Shown: positions 1-11,413 of the stretch, one piece after another | How positions within the stretch are numbered: the stretch's first letter is position 1 | Layout of the letters: the number at the start of each line of letters is the position of its first letter | Source: Albugo candida | Taxonomy: Eukaryota | Assembly: GCA_040437565.1 (NCBI GenBank) | Contig: JBDOQK010000008.1 | Span: 620,001-644,908, forward strand | DNA: 24,908 nt | Direction: 5' to 3' | The notes under the pieces: generated by a model | The model's database searches: none | What the model saw: only the letters and a program-made list of their open reading frames with translations | What the model was told of the DNA's origin: nothing | Position numbers and translations under genes: made by a program

Positions 1-27
1 TTTCGTCTGGATTGCTTGCCGGATGGG

Positions 28-375
28 ATGTATGAGAAGTTGGAGGGAATACCATCTGACTCTGAGGAGCCAAAACAACCCGAGCGTTCCGACAATAAGA
101 TCCAGCGGGACCATTTAATGAGGAACTCAAGGATGAGGGATTGTGGAAGATGACGGAGGATCATGAGATGACAGTCGTCTCGGGTTATACTTGGATATCT
201 AATGGACCCTAGCTTCTAAAGCACCCTGTTTATAGAGGGATACAGAAAAGGAAAGAAGGGACTTCGTGAAGCGATAACAAAATTATTACAGAACGCTGCT
301 CGCGTTCGAAACATGTTTGAACAACTCGTTCCGCATGCTAGTATCAGCCTGCATGGATTTGTGGAAGAGAGAACA
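28..375 (+). pseudogene. Gypsy gag, N-terminal part (stops and frameshifts)
   Basis: Manual translation GP*LLKHPVYRG/DTEKERRDFVKR*QNYYRTLLAFETCLNNSFRMLVSACMDLWKRE continues in frame as QILKYEM at 5694 once copia-1 and one TSD copy are removed. Family assignment is from recall of oomycete gypsy gag proteins plus its position upstream of the protease. Confidence 0.7.
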
Positions 376-629
376 TGTTGTTAATGCTGGGTATGCTGTT
401 GATGGCGAAAGTGATTCTGTATTACTTTGTACTTACCTGCTATTCTTTCTCTTCTAGTACTTACAGTCCGCGTTTACCGACTGCCTTTTCCCTGGCTCTA
501 CCTAAATCTTGTAACTAACGTGCAACTATTTCTATACATTATTGTGGAGATCTGACAGCCGTCTCTTCCGTGCTTATTGAAGCTCCTCGAGATTCACTTG
601 CACCATCCACTATTATCACCTTCCCAACA
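376..629 (-). repeat. 3' LTR of copia-1 (254 bp)
   Basis: TGTTG...CAACA inverted termini; aligns end to end with 5424-5688 (shared TCTTCCGTGCTTATTGAA, CTTACCTGCTATT, GAGATCTGA). Confidence 0.93.
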
Positions 630-630
630 A

Positions 631-638
631 TCCTCCTC
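631..638 (-). other. Polypurine tract of copia-1
   Basis: Minus strand GAGGAGGA followed by T, then TGTTG of the 3' LTR. Confidence 0.8.
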
Positions 639-639
639 G

Positions 640-3600
640 AATGCAGTCATCTTGGCCGCACCGCCATCACCATCCCTACTTGCATCTCCCGCTAGCATGT
701 TTGTTCATCTCGACGTCCTTGAACTAATACTCCAAGCACATGAGATCACGCAAACTTGCAAGCTTTCATGGGTCCAGTGCTTTCTTCAGTAAGTCTGCGA
801 GTATCTGGTATAAGAGTACGTATTTCGCGATCACGATGCCGCGTCTGGAATAGTCGCACAAGAACTTGAGCCGCACAACAATGTGCTTAGCCTTGATCGA
901 TGATGCCTCGCCTTCAAGTTTTGATGGCTGCCTGCCTATCGACATGCATTAGCATGGGCAGAGCCGGCGCCATGCTGATCTCGTTCAGTATCTCACGCAC
1001 GCCGCGCAAGTCGCGCGAAGCCTTCGAAGCAGCGACGAATTCAGCTTCAATAGTCGACAAGGAGATGCCTCCCTGTGTTTCACGCTCTGGCTTACTTTCA
1101 TATCGTTAATTAAAATGACGCTCCCTATCAACGACTTGAGGTCCTTCTTGTCACTTGAAAAATCTCATGGACCCAGCGTCGGAGTCTTCCGCGCTTCAAC
1201 TCCTGGTGTCATCCGCATATTCAGTCTTTGAGTACCTTTCAGATAGTAAGCAATGCTCTTCGCCAATTTCCAATCGTCAATGCATGGCTGGTGAGTTTTC
1301 GCTTCGCCTTGTGCACAACGAACGACAAATCTAGCCGCGATACACGCGGCTAGACGTCTGACAGGTGAATGCGTGTCCTTAATTGATGGCTGTCCAGCCG
1401 CGCTAGTAGTCTCAAGAAGCGCGCAGTCTTCGTCCTGCACCTCATAACAGTCGGCTTCAATAAGCGAAAACGTCTAGTTTCTTCTACAAGCCCATGCACG
1501 CGCAGTAGCTCTTGAATAGCCTTCTCCTGGTCCAGGACATAGTAGCCGTCTTTATCAATTAACACGCGCATGCCCCAAAGTTTGACATAAGTCCCGAATC
1601 CTTGGTGGACAGCGAGCCGAGGCTGACGGACAACCGATCGACAGCTGAAGTGCTAGTGCCGATAGCCCCCAGATCATCGGCATATACGCCGACCACAACG
1701 AAGTCTTCACCATCTTGCTTGCGACATAAACACATGTCTGCAACAAATTGTTTATATCCCACCTCAGTGAACCTCGCGTGTAGAAACTGGATCCACAGGC
1801 GTTCTGCTTGCTTTAATCCCTATAAGTTATTATGAAGCTGCAGAACCCAAATCGTTCTAGTTCTTGCGCTGAGGTCCTCTAGCGTCCTGCCGGCTACGTC
1901 CACGCCCGGAGGAACTTGCAGATAAATCTCGAGGTCTCTGAGTGCCAGTATCACTTTCACTATCGACATGTCCATAACCGCAGCGAAAATGAGACTGTAG
2001 TCCCAGTACTTGCTCATTCTTGCACGCGACCAATCGCGCCTTAAGCTTTTTATCCTTCCTTTTGTGTCCGTATTTGTCCCGTAGACCCATGTCGTTTTGA
2101 GAGCGTTGCTGTTGGCTGGGCGCTTGATCATTCACCATACACTGCTATCCTCGAGCGCCTTAAACTCTTCTAGAATTGCCTCATTCCAGACCTCACGCTT
2201 TGAGCTACAAATCGCGTCGGTGTAGTTCTTAGGTCGCTCATAAACGTGGTTCAACACGCTTTAGACCGTGCGCCCACTCATCTTTATCAGCAGTCGCCGC
2301 TGCGAGTTTAGATATCGCTCGATTGCCATACGCCACACTTTTCTTTGCTGTTTATTTCCCTTGTGGACGCTCTTATTCCTCATTTCTGGAGCCACGCTCC
2401 CACATGTAGCGACTTAAGTCGCTGCTGCAGATGTAGGAAACTTCACTTTGTGTTTAAACTTCAGTAGACGCTGAAGCTGACTCTTTTTCTCCTCACTTAG
2501 CGTCTCGATGTTCATGACGTGATGCTGTGTCACGACCTTGTCAGCTTTCTGTAGAAACGCGAAAAAGCCTTTGGTTCTCGTAATTGATCCGGATTATGAC
2601 GCCGACCTGCGATCTCTGCATAAGCGGGTTTTCCATGTGCCCATTTATACCTCGCAGGTGTTTCTAAAAACAACAATCTCTCGAAGATCATGCGCTTTAA
2701 TCGTCAGTAATTCTATCGGCGATGCGCGTGTCCTGTTCACTCGAGCCGGAATTCTGTTCAATCTCTAGGTGACGTACTCAAAGGCTTCTCCCCGTAATTT
2801 GAGCGGCAGCCGGCTGACAAATATCATTCTGCGTGCGATGTTGAGTATCGTCCGGTACATACGCTCGGCCTTGCCATTTCGAAGCTCAAATCCGCCCTTC
2901 ACTGATCTGTCGCGTGACTCCTATGCACTGGCAAAACTGATCAACATTCTTGTACTCGCCCCGTCTGTTCGCAAAACGTCAATTTTGCAGTCAATTAGTT
3001 TCTCGAAAAATGCCAAGGACTCCTCGAACTTCTATGCAGCCTTGTCTTTCGTCGACGCAACACGCAACAGTAGTTCGACTTGTGGTCGACGAAATTGACG
3101 AGTTAGCGATTTCCGCGCCTATCTGATGGCGCCATCAGACCCTTCGAATCGGAACAGATCACTCCGCCAATGCGACCGATAGGTGCATGCTCGCCGGTGT
3201 CCGCCCGCAACTGCTTTTCTTTTCTCTGTCTTCTTCCCTTGCGACCTCTTTGTGCGTTACAGTCAATCGATCGTTCCGCTCGCGAAAAAAACGCTGATGA
3301 TACATCGAATATTACTACCTACCCCTCTTCAAGTAAAATTGAGCTACAGGCCGTTCTTGTGTGGTCCGCAATCTTAATTCCATACTCTGGTGTATGCACC
3401 ATTCGCTCGANNNNNNNNNNNNNNNNNNNNNNNNNNNNNNNNNNNNNNNNNNNNNNNNNNNNNNNNNNNNNNNNNNNNNNNNNNNNNNNNNNNNNNNNNN
3501 NNNNNNNNNNATCGTTCCGCTCGCGAAAAAAACGCTGATGATACATCGAATATTACTACCTACCCCTCTTCAAGTAAAATTGAGCTACAGGCCGTTCTTG

Positions 3601-5419
3601 TGTGGTCCGCAATCTTAATTCCATACTCTGGTGTATGCACCATTCGCTCGATCGTGTCGAGCGATAGGTGTCCCATCCGAGCATAAAAAAGCATCAAGGA
3701 TCCGCACTGCACATCAGCTGCTGGCATTTCCGATCTTGATGGTAAGCATATGCATTGAAGCATCTGATCAACGTCCACGTAGTCTTCTTCGCCTCGATGT
3801 ACCCGAGAGATGCTTTAGTAGAAAGGGTTCGGGCTCGTGTACAGCGGATCTAGTGGTTCGCTAGTGTGACGGAGCGACTGCTTTCGACGTCAGTTTGCAG
3901 ACAAAGTGCTGTACATGCAGCCACAGGCGACAACTGCGCGCGAGATATACGGTCATGAGCGTGAGCATTCTCTCCTTACCATCGTCAATCACTCTCGTAA
4001 GTGAACACTTCCAACACTGGTGAACTTGAACGACTCGCCGTCTGCCATCGAGATCTTGTGGTCACAATCATCGTTGTCGTGTATCATCGATGCGTCATTC
4101 ACTAAGTGCCTGCTTGAACTGCTATTCAGAATGCAGTCGCTTGGTCTACTGTCGTCGACAGCACCATAGCATTCACAGACTCAATTTGCGCCTTGTTTTT
4201 ACGTCTGACCCGTGACTCGCGCTTGCGTGGTTTGTTTTCACCGATTGCGAGAACCGTATCGCCATCACTGCTCTTCAAAAAAAAATAATTAATAATAAAA
4301 AATTTATATTCATCGCTTCTGAGGGCGCTTTTCCCCTTGCCTCGGCAATTTTCTTGAATATGTTCAGTCTTTCCGCACTCAGAACATCTACGCGATCTTT
4401 TTTGCTGAGACGAACTCACGCCTGAACGATCCTTTTCCGAGCTAGATCGACGTCGTAAAACGCGTCATCTCTTCAGCGTGTAGCAAGTCGTCGGTTCGTG
4501 TCGGGTCGTACTTGCCTCGCATCATATTCATACGCTCTGGGGACGCGTGATGAGCGATGCTGTCCGGTACCAGTGAGTCTTCACCCCTTCGTGCGTCGGT
4601 GACCACTACCAGGTACGAAAAATGCTCTGCCCATGACTTTTTGCCATTTTTTTTGCTCGAAGAGTTTCATAGACTGTCGAGCGGTAATCTCAACAGGCGT
4701 CCCATCACATGGTTATGCGTCGCCTACTGTTCCACCGGAAATCGACTTGCTTGTGATAGTAACTTTCGGTCTTACCAGCCAGGTAATGATCAAGCAGGTC
4801 TACCTTGACGTCTTCGCTTTCACGAAATCCGCATGATGCCTCAGCCAAGTTGATCCGACGCAAAAACGTCTTTCACCAGTCTTAAAAACTGGACCCCAAG
4901 CCACGATACATCACCAGTGCAGTCAACCTTGAGGATACCGAGCTTGCGCTGAGCTGCCGTCTGTGTCACGTAGTACAGCGCGCCTGCCTCTGTTTCATGG
5001 GCTATATTATTGACCGCGCCACGAGAGATGAGAACAAGTATTATCTAAATACAGGGAGGGTGCTTGTGCCCTCACTTGAAAAGCTGCTGATTTGCGCTTT
5101 AGGGAGTTCTCAGCGCGTCGATCGTCATCGTCCTTGAGCCCATGTTCGCTCCGAAATCCGAATCAAACACTCCACTCTCTATCACACCACGCATGCGCTC
5201 AGCCTCGTCGTTCTGCATCTGGGAAGTCTCTATTCTCTCCATGTGGTCCGAGAGGGAAGTGAGGCCGTGAGGATCTTTTCGAGCTCCTTCGCGAGATGGC
5301 GCATCTCGAGTTATAGCAGCGGCGCGCGGCGGAGTTGCCGCGCGTGAAGGCGAGGCTTATGTGTGACCTGATGATTCCGGTCCAGCCTTGTTGTCGTCGA
5401 ATCCTGGTATTTGGCTCGT
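640..5419 (-). pseudogene. copia-1 gag-pol polyprotein remnants
   Basis: Zinc knuckle CSECGKTEHIQENC (~4350-4390); protease-like ILNSSSSRHLV (~4100-4132); gag-pre-integrase FYARMGHLS (~3660-3690); integrase NGKAERMYRTILN (~2840-2880); RT KARLVACKNEQ and VGVYADDL (YVDD-like, ~1675-1700); RNase H SLSTIEAEFVAAS (~1025-1065). Many stops and frameshifts. Confidence 0.92.
3270..3651. other. Assembly gap (3411-3510) flanked by an exact 141-bp duplication
   Basis: 3270-3410 equals 3511-3651 and both copies abut the N run. Confidence 0.92.
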
Positions 5420-5423
5420 AACC
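5411..5423 (-). other. Primer-binding site of copia-1 (internal tRNA-iMet, half-tRNA type)
   Basis: Minus strand GGTTACGAGCCAA directly after the 5' LTR; two mismatches from GGTTATGAGCCCA, the complement of the initiator tRNA anticodon arm (priming mode of Drosophila copia and yeast Ty5). Confidence 0.8.
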
Positions 5424-5688
5424 TGCTGGTAATGCTGGGCATTACTCTTGGGGATACTCTTGGCGAAATTGATTATGTAGTACGTTTGTCCTTACCTGCT
5501 ATTTTTTTCTTTTACGCCTTACTGTCCACGTTTACCGAACTACCTTTTTCTCTGACTCTACCTGAATTTGTGAGTAACGTGCAGCTATTCTTATGCATTA
5601 CTGCCGAGATCTGAAAGTCGTTTCTTCCGTGCTTATTGAACCTCCTCGCGATTCACTTCCACAATCCACTTTTATCAACTTTTCAACA
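5424..5688 (-). repeat. 5' LTR of copia-1 (265 bp)
   Basis: TGCTG...CAACA on +; homologous to 376-629. Confidence 0.93.
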
Positions 5689-5693
5689 AAACA

Positions 5694-6788
5694 AATATTG
5701 AAGTATGAAATGGAAACGACCCGATGGAAGTAACCAAACAAGACTGGGAAAAATATTTTCGGGGAGCGGGTGAGCCGAATAATGGAGATTTGTGAAAGAT
5801 AGATAAAGAAATGCGTAAAGTAAGAATGAATCAGCACGGATCGCAAGAATACGTGGAACACGCAGATACAAACCCTATTGTCAAGTGGATGGTCGATGCT
5901 TTAGAGCCTCCAATATTCTAACGAAAAATTGTGTAAAAACACGAGATGGACATCCACAAAACAATGAAGAAAAACGCTGTGAACTTTTGCAAGTGGCGTC
6001 CGGAGCTGTTTTAAAGTTTCATGGAATGGGATGGGAGCCGGATTCAATGTAAGATAGATAGCTGTCCGATATGTGATCCTGAAGAAGCGGAAAGACTACT
6101 GAAACAACGCAAATCACAGAACGAGAAAAAAAAGGATGTCGTTACTAGAGTGAGGAAATCAGTTAGCGACTACAGCGGCGAGGAAAGGCAACAGTGGATG
6201 GACTTGATAAGTTAAGCGCATTATTGGATTCGGGATCATACTTTCGCATGGCATCAGTGGGTCTTATAAAAGCGCTCAAAAAAGACATCTCTCACCATCA
6301 TGGATCTAAAACAAACAGGTGAAAATCGAAACCGTTAGGCCGACACCTTTGTGGGTGAAACGAAGTATTTTGCTGCAGTGAGTGGAGTTTAGCAGAAGAG
6401 GAGGACTGCTGTTGTGGAACTGATCGTAAATGAGGAAGACGAGTCCATGTGACTTATATGGCTTTTCAGTGATGGCGATTCTGGAAGGAGCCAGGAAAAA
6501 GAAGAGCATATGGGATGAGGAGAAGTAAACAAAGCAAAGTACTCGGGGGTGCAACTCGTTGAAAGTGTTTGCGAAGACAAACTCTTCGAAAATGGAGTGG
6601 AACCCAGCGATGAGAATGGAGAATATCTACTTACACCAGAAGGGAGGCCAAGGGATACACAGAAGGGTCGTATTCATAGCATTTTTGTGGAGAAGAAATG
6701 AAAAAGTGAAAATCGCAGGTGCCAAAATTGAATCGTTTGATCGTTGAGGGACTTATTATTCAGAAATCATGATGCATTTCGCGTGGAG
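5694..6788 (+). pseudogene. Gypsy gag C-terminal part, degenerate zinc knuckle, aspartic protease and pre-RT linker
   Basis: GNDPMEVTKQDWEKYFRGA; IVKWMVDALEPPIF; KIDSCPICDPEEAERLL; ALLDSGSYFRMASVGLIKAL (retropepsin D-S-G motif); LRDLLFRNHDAFRVE, resembling the segment that precedes gypsy RT. Confidence 0.75.
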
Positions 6789-8213
6789 TCTGGTTGTCCT
6801 CATACAAAGTAATTGCCGAATCTTTATGAATTTTTAAGTCTTCCAGAAGACTATTGATCCATATGACTTCTTGGACACAAAGAGATAGTGCAACGTATTC
6901 TGCTTCGGCGGTACTTAAAGCGACAACTCCTTGTAATTTGGACTTTAAGATAACAGGGGATCCAATCATCATAACCATGATTCCTGACATAGATCGGCGA
7001 ATTTCTTTTGATGCAGCCGAATCTGCGTCGCTATACGCACAAATCTGTAGATATCGCAACACTCGAATTGCTACCTTCCAGTGTTTCTCAGTTGGATTTT
7101 AAAGATGTCGACTGAGCTGACATACAGCAAATGTAACATCAGGTCTTTTCCATTTGATGTACAGTAATGAATTGAACTTGTCGATCATTTTTTTAAAAGC
7201 ATGCTGTCTGGAAGATTTTCATCACTATCTTACTTTGACTATTTCCGCTTCTATGCCAAGGATGTATCTCAATTGACCAAGTGTCTTGAGTGAAAACGTT
7301 TTCTTCAATTGCAGCGTGACGTTGTTAATCGCTTCCAATCTTGTTGCTCCTATCAGCATATCATCAACATACAAAGCAATATANNNNNNNNNNNNNNNNN
7401 NNNNNNNNNNNNNNNNNNNNNNNNNNNNNNNNNNNNNNNNNNNNNNNNNNNNNNNNNNNNNNNNNNNNNNNNNNNNNNNNNNNGATACACAGAAGGGTCG
7501 TATTCATAGCATTTTTGTGGAGAAGAAATGAAAAAGTGAAAATCGCAGGTGCCAAAATTGAATCGTTTGATCGTTGAGGGACTTATTATTCAGAAATCAT
7601 GATGCATTTCGCGTGGAGTCTGGTTGTCCTCATACAAAGTAATTGCCGAATCTTTATGAATTTTTAAGTCTTCCAGAAGACTATTGATCCATATGACTTC
7701 TTGGACACAAAGAGATAGTGCAACGTATTCTGCTTCGGCGGTACTTAAAGCGACAACTCCTTGTAATTTGGACTTTAAGATAACAGGGGATCCAATCATC
7801 ATAACCATGATTCCTGACATAGATCGGCGAATTTCTTTTGATGCAGCCGAATCTGCGTCGCTATACGCACAAATCTGTAGATATCGCAACACTCGAATTG
7901 CTACCTTCCAGTGTTTCTCAGTTGGATTTTAAAGATGTCGACTGAGCTGACATACAGCAAATGTAACATCAGGTCTTTTCCATTTGATGTACAGTAATGA
8001 ATTGAACTTGTCGATCATTTTTTTAAAAGCATGCTGTCTGGAAGATTTTCATCACTATCTTACTTTGACTATTTCCGCTTCTATGCCAAGGATGTATCTC
8101 AATTGACCAAGTGTCTTGAGTGAAAACGTTTTCTTCAATTGCAGCGTGACGTTGTTAATCGCTTCCAATCTTGTTGCTCCTATCAGCATATCATCAACAT
8201 ACAAAGCAATATA
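6654..8213. other. Assembly gap (7384-7483) flanked by an exact 730-bp duplication
   Basis: 6654-7383 equals 7484-8213; the ORF track shows identical ORFs offset by 830 bp (6760..7062 and 7590..7892). Confidence 0.92.
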
Positions 8214-11200
8214 TTTGGAGTCATGTTCCGCATGCCGAACAAAAATGCAAGAATCCTTCTTGCATCGATTGAACCCTAGCTTGATCTCAGAGATATTTGA
8301 GACAGCTTATACCATGTAAGAGCTGCTTGCTTTAGTCCATATAAACTTCGGTTCAACTTGCAAATATGGTTTGGCTGGATTAATGCTCCTTTCGGTGGCC
8401 AAATGAAACATCTTCTTCCAGATTTCCATTAAGAAATGCCGTATCCACATCATATTGCTTGACATGATAGCCTCGGTGACAGCACAATGCCTTAAAAATA
8501 CACGAATTGAATTCAAGCTTGCAACAGGAGAGTACGTCTCAAAGTAATCGATGCCTGGGGTTTGTCGATAGCCAAGTGCGACAAGTCTTGCCTCATAACG
8601 TTGGATTTCTCCTTTGTCATTCTTTTTCACTGAAAATACCCATTTGGTGCCGAGCACTTCCTGACTTGATGTACGTTTTACTACCTTCCAGTTGACTTTT
8701 CCTCCAAATCTGCCAATTCCGCTTTCATGACTTCGAACTACTGCTCCGCTTCTGGTGATTACCGTACACCTCGATCGCAGATTGGTACTTCCAACGCTAC
8801 ATTAGCTTCTTCATCTTCGAGTCTGTATCGTTTCTTCGGTTTTCCATTATCTTCAACTAAATCGCTCTCATGAGGTACGATTGCGTCTGAGGGACCACCG
8901 TCCATTAGTGGTAATTGTGGATTCCCTATCAAATTGTGTCGTCCAGATGGCGTACCGAAACCAATAATATTATCATCATATCTTCACTCCCTCGGTACTA
9001 TATCCGTACTGGAGAAATCTTTCTTAAAGCATTATCGTTAATGTCCATATCCATATCATACGTTGTGACCACGTCGAGTGGCGAAGATGATGGCTGTTGA
9101 GTTCCCTCCAGTTCAACATCGACATGAATTATTGGTAAAATATTCTCAACTTGTACATCCTTATCATGTTCGCGGTCAATCCTCGTACCATACGTCTTTC
9201 CCAAATGACCATCCACCACTTGACTGTATTTAATCAGGTTCGATTCTTTGAATACAGCTGTTCTCACTACCACTGATTTGCTTGTTCTGGAACAACCCTT
9301 TGTCATCATCGAGTATCCGACAAACATAAGAGGAAATCCTTTGCCATCCAGAGTTTGTCTCTTTGCCTTGTCGATGTGTGGAAAACCCTTGGAACCAAAA
9401 ACGCACAAGTTGCTCAAATTCGGTCGTGTTCCAAAACAAACCTCAATAGGTGCCGTGGACTTCCAAACGGAATTCTGGAATGCGATTGGTGATATGCATC
9501 ACGGTATTGATTGCTTCTGCCCACCACTGCTTTTCGATATTCTTCCATGCTATCATAGATCGAGCTTGCTCCATCAGTGTATGATTCATTCGCTCAGCCA
9601 AACCGTTTGGTTGAGGCGAGTAAGATATATAGTTGTTTGATGTATAATCCCGGCGGTTCGATAGGGGGATATGAATTTCTTGTGATACATTCCCCCGCTG
9701 TCGGTTCGGATACACTTGATCCTTTTGTTGCTTTGATTTTACATCAACGCTTTATATTCCACAAACTTTTCGAGCACTTCGCTCTTCGATGCGATAAAAT
9801 TGGCCACAGTATATCTGGAGTAATCGTCGATCAACGTGACAACAGACCCATTACGTCACTGTGTATGAGTTCAAAGTACTCTTGAGGTCCTGATCTCACT
9901 ATTCTTTGATTTAGGTCCACATTCGTTTTCCAATTTATACATCCTGCATACATTTGGACGATCATCCTCTTGATTCATATCAACATTAATCCCATCGACA
10001 CATTTACTGACATTTCCAAGATTCGACATCGATATATGTCCAAGGCGCGCATGCCATAATTCCAAATCTTGTTTCGCATTTGCTTGACTGGCATTCTCCA
10101 CGCTGGATGAACATCGCAATGCGTACAGCTTGACTCTTTCTTGACATTTGTCACTAGTTGACCGTTTTTCATGATACTACACCATTGCCCTTCAAACTTA
10201 ACTTTGAGTCCTCTTGACAAAAAAGCTGATACTGAAAATAGTCGTCGATCCATGCCTGGTACTAATAGCACATCATAGATTTTCACTCGAGCTCTATCTT
10301 CAAATGTAACAGGTACGGCTCCAATTTTTGTGGCTGTTAGTTGAAGGCCATTTGCTACAGTGATTTGAATTGATGATTTAAGTAGCTTGAAATCCGTGAA
10401 TTTTTCTTTGAATGGAGTCATGTGACTACTGGCACCCCTATCCAGCAGCTAGTTCATGTCAGATTTGCTGTCTGACGACATAAATGCATGTTCGCTACTT
10501 GGTTGCTGTCTTGACCGCTGTCTATTTTGTCGACAATCGAAATGTCAATGACCAGTACGTCCACAGCCAAAACACTTTCCATGAAACTTATGTGTTGCTC
10601 TGTACCGCTGCTTATAATTTCCTCGTCTTTCTTTTCTAAAGTGCTGCTCGTTGCTTTCAAAACAAGTTCTCCGGATTCCTCTGTTGAAGCGATTCATATT
10701 CTCGTTGGGTCATTTATTTTGCCTGTAACATATCCATATTTGGTATGTTCTCGATGATCTTTATGATTGAGTAGTATTCATCCGACAGACTACCTAATAG
10801 CAATATGATTTGCTCATCTTGATCCAGATTGTCTCCAGTTGCAGCCATTCTTGTGCAAAATGTCCTCAAACTTCATGATGTGCTCCAATGCAATTCCTCC
10901 GTTTTCCATTCTGAACTCGTGCAGTTTTCGTCTTATCTGTATGCGATTATGCGTGTTTCGCCGAAGAAAAAAGATTTTCAAGATTTCCCACGCTACGGCT
11001 GTACTTGTGGCCGAACGAATCAATGACTGGAACATCGGGCTGATCATTCCCGCAATGATGGAAAAGGCCTTGACATCATTGACTTTCCACATTTCTATCA
11101 CTGGATCGGCCTCATTCGGAATCTTCAAGGCATCAAAGTGTCCGTGGAGTTTCTTCCTTGCTAACCTCATCCGAGCATTAAAGTCCCATACGAAATAATT

Positions 11201-11234
11201 GTCTTCGCAATACGTCCTTCTGTTCCATCGAGCT

Positions 11235-11247
11235 TGGGCTCATAATC
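11235..11247 (-). other. Primer-binding site of copia-2 (internal tRNA-iMet type)
   Basis: Minus strand GATTATGAGCCCA immediately after the LTR; one mismatch from GGTTATGAGCCCA. Confidence 0.85.
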
Positions 11248-11413
11248 TGTTGATTTAAAGGAAGCTTTGAAGGGGGATCGTTCGAGCCACGCCGTTCAGA
11301 GTAGATTGGAAAGTACCTTTATTTAAGTTTTAGATTGCTAACTAAAGTAGATCTAATATTAGAATCTTTAGCATGGCCTTTAGTGTCCAATGTGGTCTAC
11401 ACCATCATCAACA
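11248..11413 (-). repeat. 5' LTR of copia-2 (166 bp; partner LTR missing)
   Basis: TGTTGAT...ATCAACA 7-bp inverted termini; PBS on one side and resumption of gypsy RT codons (CEMETPKTAA) on the other. Confidence 0.88.

Larger units (their letters stand above)
376..5688 (-). mobile_element. Full-length but decayed Ty1/copia LTR retrotransposon (copia-1)
   Basis: Direct repeats 376-629 and 5424-5688 with TG...CA termini; flanks GAACA (371-375) and AAACA (5689-5693); PBS next to the right LTR and PPT next to the left LTR; domain order gag-PR-IN-RT-RH on the minus strand. Confidence 0.95.
6789..11413 (-). mobile_element. Second Ty1/copia retrotransposon (copia-2), 3'-truncated and decayed
   Basis: 5' LTR and PBS; gag DNYFVWDFNARMRLARK; zinc knuckle CFGCGRTGH*HFDC (~10535-10576); protease LLDRGASSHMTP (~10413-10448); LWHARLGHIS; integrase YSPQPNGLAERMNHTLMEQARSM; RT GTKWVF...RYEARLVALGYRQTPGIDYFETYSPV and YIALYVDDMLI (8181-8213); RNase H YSDAD...ALSTAEAEYVAL...YEDNQ, where it stops abruptly. 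Confidence 0.94.

Noticed and set aside
4277..4310. Pure A/T island inside copia-1 gag
   Set aside because: Too short, with no TSD or terminal repeats; probably slippage or filler DNA.
6654..8213. Apparent 730-bp tandem duplication or LTR pair
   Set aside because: Copies appear identical, abut a 100-N gap, cut across element boundaries and lack TG...CA ends; every gap in the window shows the same pattern, so it is an assembly artefact.
577..11198. Many short + strand ORFs over the copia elements
   Set aside because: Antisense shadows of decayed pol or LTR sequence with no recognisable motifs.
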